This document shows positions 37,845 to 41,419 of a stretch of 41,419 nt of DNA, piece after piece. Each line of letters starts with the position of its first letter. The stretch's first letter is position 1. Source of the DNA: Parachlamydiales bacterium (GTDB taxonomy: Bacteria; Chlamydiota; Chlamydiia; Chlamydiales; Parachlamydiaceae); assembly GCA_020051075.1 (NCBI GenBank), contig JAGVJP010000083.1, forward strand, positions 1 to 41,419, given 5' to 3'. The position numbers and the translations under genes are program-made. The notes under the pieces are model-generated. The model was not told the origin of the DNA. It was given only the letters and a program-made list of their open reading frames with translations, and did not search any database.

Positions 37845-39437
37845 AGCCTTCTCGTCTTCATCGGCATCCGTAATCAGTGCTTCGGACAACAGGACAATCC
37901 CCGCTGTTGAGGCAGCATAGGTCAATGCGTTTTTCACAACTTTAGCGGGATCGATCACACCAGCGGCAATCAGGTCCTCAACTTTTCCTGTACGAGCATT
38001 GAACCCGAAGTTCTTAGGTGATTTGAGCACTTCGTTTAAGATGATGCTGCCATCGAACCCGGTATTCGCAGCGATTTGCTTGATCGGGGCTTCACAGGCA
38101 TACTGGACGATTTTCGCTCCGATCGCTTCATCGCCGCTTAGTTTGAGTGCATCGATTGCTTTGCTTGCGTTGAGCAATGCCACGCCGCCGCCTGGGACAA
38201 TCCCTTCTTCTAGTGCTGCGCGAGTGGAATTGAGGCTGTCATCGAACATCTGCTTCTTCTGTTTCATCTCTGTCTCAGTGGCTGCACCAACACGGATGAC
38301 AGCGATGCCTCCGCTCAGCTTCGCACGACGCTCTTCGAGTTTTTCTTTGTCGTAGCTGCTCTTCGATAGGGCGATTTCCGCATCGATCTGCTTGATCCTC
38401 GCTTTAAGCTCTTCAGCAGAGCCATTCCCTCCAATGATCGTTGTATGATCTTTGGTGATGGTGACCTTGTCTGCTGAACCCAATGCTGCCGCTGAAATTT
38501 CTTTTAGAGTGATTCCAGCATCTTCAGAGACGATAGTCGCACCAGTCAAAATGGCAATATCCTGAAGCATCGCTTGACGGCGGTCTCCGAAACCTGGCGC
38601 TTTAACAGCAGCCACTTTAAGGGTTCCGCGGAGTTTATTCACCACGAGTGTCGATAAAGCATCTCCTTCAATATCTTCAGCGATGATTAACAGCTCTCTT
38701 CCAGAAGCTGCGACTGCCTGTAGGACGGGGAGGAGTTCATGGATGTTTGAGACTTTTTTGTCGATGAGAAGAATCTGTGCTTTGTTCATATCCACAGTCA
38801 TCTTTTCTAGGTTTGTGCAGAGATACGGGCTCACATAGCCGCGGTCAAATTTCATCCCTTGGACCAACTCAATTGTTGTCTCGGTAGTCTTACCTTCTTC
38901 GATGGTGATTGCGCCGGAATTGTTGACTTTCTCCATTGCTTCAGCAATGAGATCTCCAATTTCTCTGTTCCCTGATGCTGAGACAGTGGCGACGTTGCAG
39001 GTTTCCTGCTTTGTTTTCACGGTGATAGCTGTTCTTTCAATTTCTTTGACAACAATGTCAACAGCTTTGTCCATGCCTCTTTTTAACCCAATGGGGCTTG
39101 CGCCAGAGGAGATGTTTTTGACTCCCTGCTCGACAAGGGCGCGAATGAGCAGTGTTCCTGTCGTCGTTCCATCACCGCATATTTCTTTAATTTTTTGGAC
39201 CGCTTCTTTTGCCATCGATGCGCCCATATTCTCGTATTTGCATTCGAGTTCGATGTCGCGGATGATGCTGGCTCCATCGTTTGTGATGTTAGGGGCGCCC
39301 CATCCTTTTTCTAGACCAACATTCCGTCCTTGCGGTCCTAGGGTGAAAGCGACAACGTCGGCGAGCTTTTTAATGCCTTGTAGGAGACAATCGCGAGCCT
39401 CTTCTTCAAAAATAATGTCTTTAGGTGTTGTTGACAT
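37839..39437 (-). CDS. groEL: Chaperonin GroEL paralog (no adjacent groES, no GGM tail)
   Basis: TLGPQGRNV, ITNDG, GDGTTT, FDRGY, KAPGFGDRR, GIVPGGG, IDPAKV. Confidence 0.94.
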   Translation of the reverse strand: MSTTPKDIIFEEEARDCLLQGIKKLADVVAFTLGPQGRNVGLEKGWGAPNITNDGASIIRDIELECKYENMGASMAKEAVQKIKEICGDGTTTGTLLIRALVEQGVKNISSGASPIGLKRGMDKAVDIVVKEIERTAITVKTKQETCNVATVSASGNREIGDLIAEAMEKVNNSGAITIEEGKTTETTIELVQGMKFDRGYVSPYLCTNLEKMTVDMNKAQILLIDKKVSNIHELLPVLQAVAASGRELLIIAEDIEGDALSTLVVNKLRGTLKVAAVKAPGFGDRRQAMLQDIAILTGATIVSEDAGITLKEISAAALGSADKVTITKDHTTIIGGNGSAEELKARIKQIDAEIALSKSSYDKEKLEERRAKLSGGIAVIRVGAATETEMKQKKQMFDDSLNSTRAALEEGIVPGGGVALLNASKAIDALKLSGDEAIGAKIVQYACEAPIKQIAANTGFDGSIILNEVLKSPKNFGFNARTGKVEDLIAAGVIDPAKVVKNALTYAASTAGIVLLSEALITDADEDEKAG

Positions 39438-39496
39438 AGATACTGCTCCTCATTAAAAAATTTGTTTATCTATCTTAGCGTAGCTTAAGAAGATCC

Positions 39497-39525
39497 ATAG
39501 TAGAGAAATGATTCGAATTTTGCAA
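39497..39525 (-). promoter_or_regulatory. Sigma70-type promoter of the groEL paralog
   Basis: TTGCAA-N17-TACTAT, about 60 nt upstream of the ATG. Confidence 0.7.
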
Positions 39526-39542
39526 GAGGAAAAAATAATAAT

Positions 39543-39569
39543 TTAGCACACGAGAGACGAGATTGCCAG
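39543..39569. promoter_or_regulatory. CIRCE-like HrcA operator
   Basis: TTAGCACAC-N9-GATTGCCAG versus consensus TTAGCACTC-N9-GAGTGCTAA (14/18), just upstream of the groEL -35. Confidence 0.7.
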
Positions 39570-39575
39570 CTCGCC

Positions 39576-39725
39576 TTTCGTGCCCGATTGTCCCTTTTCG
39601 TGCCCGATTGTCGCTTTTCGTGCCCGTGCCCGAAATCCTGACTGAACGGGCCCAACTCGTTCACGAAAAGCGACAATCGGGCATGGGCACGGGCACGAAA
39701 AGGGACAATCGAGTGCGGGTGCGGG
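39576..39725. repeat. GGCACG-family palindrome, second copy
   Basis: 20-bp unit ttttcgtgcccgattgtc(c/g)c in tandem, and inverted cacgaaaag(c/g)gacaatcg; shares motifs with 17656-17783. Confidence 0.88.
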
Positions 39726-39728
39726 TTG

Positions 39729-40169
39729 TTAATGTCCTCCGCAGCAGCCACCCTTTTCATGTTTGTGGTGATGGCTATGTCCTGCAGGCTCACTTGCGGG
39801 TAGATGTTCGACGATGTGGATGAAGTTCCCTTCACTGTCTTTAATCATCTGCATTCTGACGTGGCCTGGAACTTCGCAGACTTCACCGACTAGAGTGGCG
39901 CCTTTCTTTTCCATCTCTTTACTCGCCGCATCGACGTTTTGAACGGTGAATGTAAGAACAGCGTTGTGGCCAGGTTTAACAGGAGATTCTTCCTCGCGAT
40001 ATTGACCAATCCCTAGGCGGATGCCCCCATCTTTCCCTTCAAGTTCTGCCCAGCCCCATTCTTCATTCGATTCCACCAACTTCAGCCCTACAACTTCTGT
40101 GTAGAATTTAATCGCTTTTTTGAAGTCTTGAACAGGAATCCAAGCTAGACCCATTTGTTTTGCACTCAT
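39729..40169 (-). CDS. VOC/glyoxalase-family protein with His/Cys-rich tail
   Basis: IPV.D..KAIKFYTEVVGL, LTFTV.NVD, KDSEGN; AGGAG RBS before ATG 40169. Confidence 0.88.
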   Translation of the reverse strand: MSAKQMGLAWIPVQDFKKAIKFYTEVVGLKLVESNEEWGWAELEGKDGGIRLGIGQYREEESPVKPGHNAVLTFTVQNVDAASKEMEKKGATLVGEVCEVPGHVRMQMIKDSEGNFIHIVEHLPASEPAGHSHHHKHEKGGCCGGH

Positions 40170-40352
40170 TTGACTCTCCTTTACTAAATTTTTTCGTTGC
40201 ACGACTGAGACGATACCACTCAGAGAATTTTTTTACATCGAAAATTCCTAGACCAAACATCGCCTAGCCTAAAATTACTCATTTCGGTTATCGTTTTCCT
40301 TTTGAAATCATGCCCGCAATCTAACACCCTTATTTAGAAAAAGAGCAAGACC

Positions 40353-41024
40353 ATGCCGCATTCAACTTCTCACCCTTCGTATGTCATCATTTTACTCGGA
40401 CCGCCAGGCTGCGGAAAAGGGACGCAAGCGGAGCGTCTCGTCAAAGAGCACGCCCTTCCTCACATCTCTACAGGCAACCTCTTCCGTGAAAATATGAATT
40501 TAGGAACTCCCATCGGGGTAGAGGCTAGAAAATATATCGAAGCAGGCCAGCTTGTTCCTAATGAAGTGGTCTTGGCGATGCTCTTCAATAGGATTTCAGA
40601 AGGCGATTGCCAGAAAGGCTTCATGCTTGACGGCTTCCCCAGGACAATCGAGCAGGCGGACATCTTGGATAAGGTGCTTCCAAAAAGTCAACATAAGCTC
40701 GTTCTCTACTTTAATGTTCCCGACGAGACGATCGTCTTGCGTGCTGGAGGAAGGCTTCTGTGCCGAGACTGCGGGGCGATCTATCATCAGCAGTTTTCGC
40801 CTCCCAAGGTAGAAGGCGTCTGCGACCTCTGCGGAGGGGAAGTCTATCGCCGAACTGACGATGCTCCAGACGTCATTCGTCAACGGCTCAAGATCTATCA
40901 TGAGCAGACGCAGCCGCTTCATGACTATTACAAAACTCGTGGACTTCTACGTGAATTGGATGGCACCCAGTCCCCAGACGCTGTTTTTAACGAAATCCAA
41001 CGTTTAATAGGGAAGAAGGTATAA
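40353..41024 (+). CDS. adk: Adenylate kinase with zinc-finger LID
   Basis: LLGPPGCGKGTQ, HISTG, LDGFPRT, CRDCG...CDLCG, R.DD. Confidence 0.96.
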   Translation: MPHSTSHPSYVIILLGPPGCGKGTQAERLVKEHALPHISTGNLFRENMNLGTPIGVEARKYIEAGQLVPNEVVLAMLFNRISEGDCQKGFMLDGFPRTIEQADILDKVLPKSQHKLVLYFNVPDETIVLRAGGRLLCRDCGAIYHQQFSPPKVEGVCDLCGGEVYRRTDDAPDVIRQRLKIYHEQTQPLHDYYKTRGLLRELDGTQSPDAVFNEIQRLIGKKV

Positions 41025-41026
41025 AA

Positions 41027-41419
41027 TCAAGAAAGCAGATGTTTGTTTTTTTCAATGTAGTTCTTGAGCATCTCTTTAGAAAAGATATACGCCTGCTTCA
41101 ACTCCTTCACAGTCCCAATATTCAGTCGTTCTAACTGCTTCTGCACTTGAGTCAGCCTATCGGCCTGCGCCATATCCCCTGCAGTATCAGCAGCAGCTCC
41201 ATCATCGTGCTGGGGGATTCCAAGATCATGGTAATCTTTATAAAACCAGATGGAGAGGCGGGTGAGTCCTTCAATGGCTGCGTCGCTATCTTTGAGGGAG
41301 GAGTCATAGAGGGTTGAGCAAGTAGTTTCAAGCGCGGCATACAAGCCCGTTGAAGGAAACTCTCCATTTCCCTGGCTTCCGATTGCATGAGTCAAGAGCT
41401 GGAGAAGCTTCTCTTTGAG
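41027..41419 (-). CDS. 3' end of a hypothetical protein extending beyond the window
   Basis: The frame of ORF 41027..41395 stays open to the window edge (LKEKLLQL...); convergent with adk. Confidence 0.6.
   Translation of the reverse strand, partial: LKEKLLQLLTHAIGSQGNGEFPSTGLYAALETTCSTLYDSSLKDSDAAIEGLTRLSIWFYKDYHDLGIPQHDDGAAADTAGDMAQADRLTQVQKQLERLNIGTVKELKQAYIFSKEMLKNYIEKNKHLLS

Noticed and set aside
3444..37910. Recurring short ORFs with ILPILPRSDPAYP or AAKRSCLSC peptides (3444, 3633, 8495, 11158, 35238, 35347, 35437, 37713) and the extended ftsW start at 11211
   Set aside because: Translations of the CAGGATAGG element; its 9-nt period keeps frames open. There are no consistent starts or RBSs, so this is not a peptide family on present evidence.
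37999..39456. Plus-strand ORFs opposite groEL (37999..38355, 38902..39456) and similar antisense ORFs elsewhere
   Set aside because: Typical antisense shadows of conserved genes.
17425..39835. ORFs with VPVPLPVP/GTGTGT or RARAHAR repeats (17425, 17616, 39485, 39563)
   Set aside because: Products of the GGCACG hexamer palindromes, open on both strands.

Overview
Chromosomal window from an environmental chlamydia (phylum Chlamydiota, probably Parachlamydiales). The assignment rests on the chlamydial gene order murF-mraY-murD-nlpD(LysM)-ftsW-murG-murC-ftsQ-cutA-rsbV-miaA-(CT768-like)-rsfS-fabF-Nudix, with no ftsA/ftsZ. Other core genes are rsmI, tRNA-Cys, a delta-9 desaturase, maf, nadD, lexA, a PAP2 phosphatase, galE, a PgpH-like 7TM-HD protein, a DEAD-box helicase, an NSS transporter, a solo groEL paralog and adk. 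Accessory content is a partial Gly-X-Thr collagen-like gene with two secreted paralogs, and a tandem array of five small paralogous Inc-like membrane proteins with duplicated promoters and leaders. The most striking signal is non-coding: several families of palindromic elements, most with arms built from short tandem repeats. The main family (CAGGATAGG units with a CGCGAAGCG mini-hairpin core) has 7 full copies plus fragments. It always sits at gene 3' ends, overlaps five stop codons, interrupts the dcw cluster three times, and appears to bracket the first gene of the membrane-protein array. No transposase, integrase or CRISPR array is visible. All calls come from reading sequence and motifs; no database searches were run.
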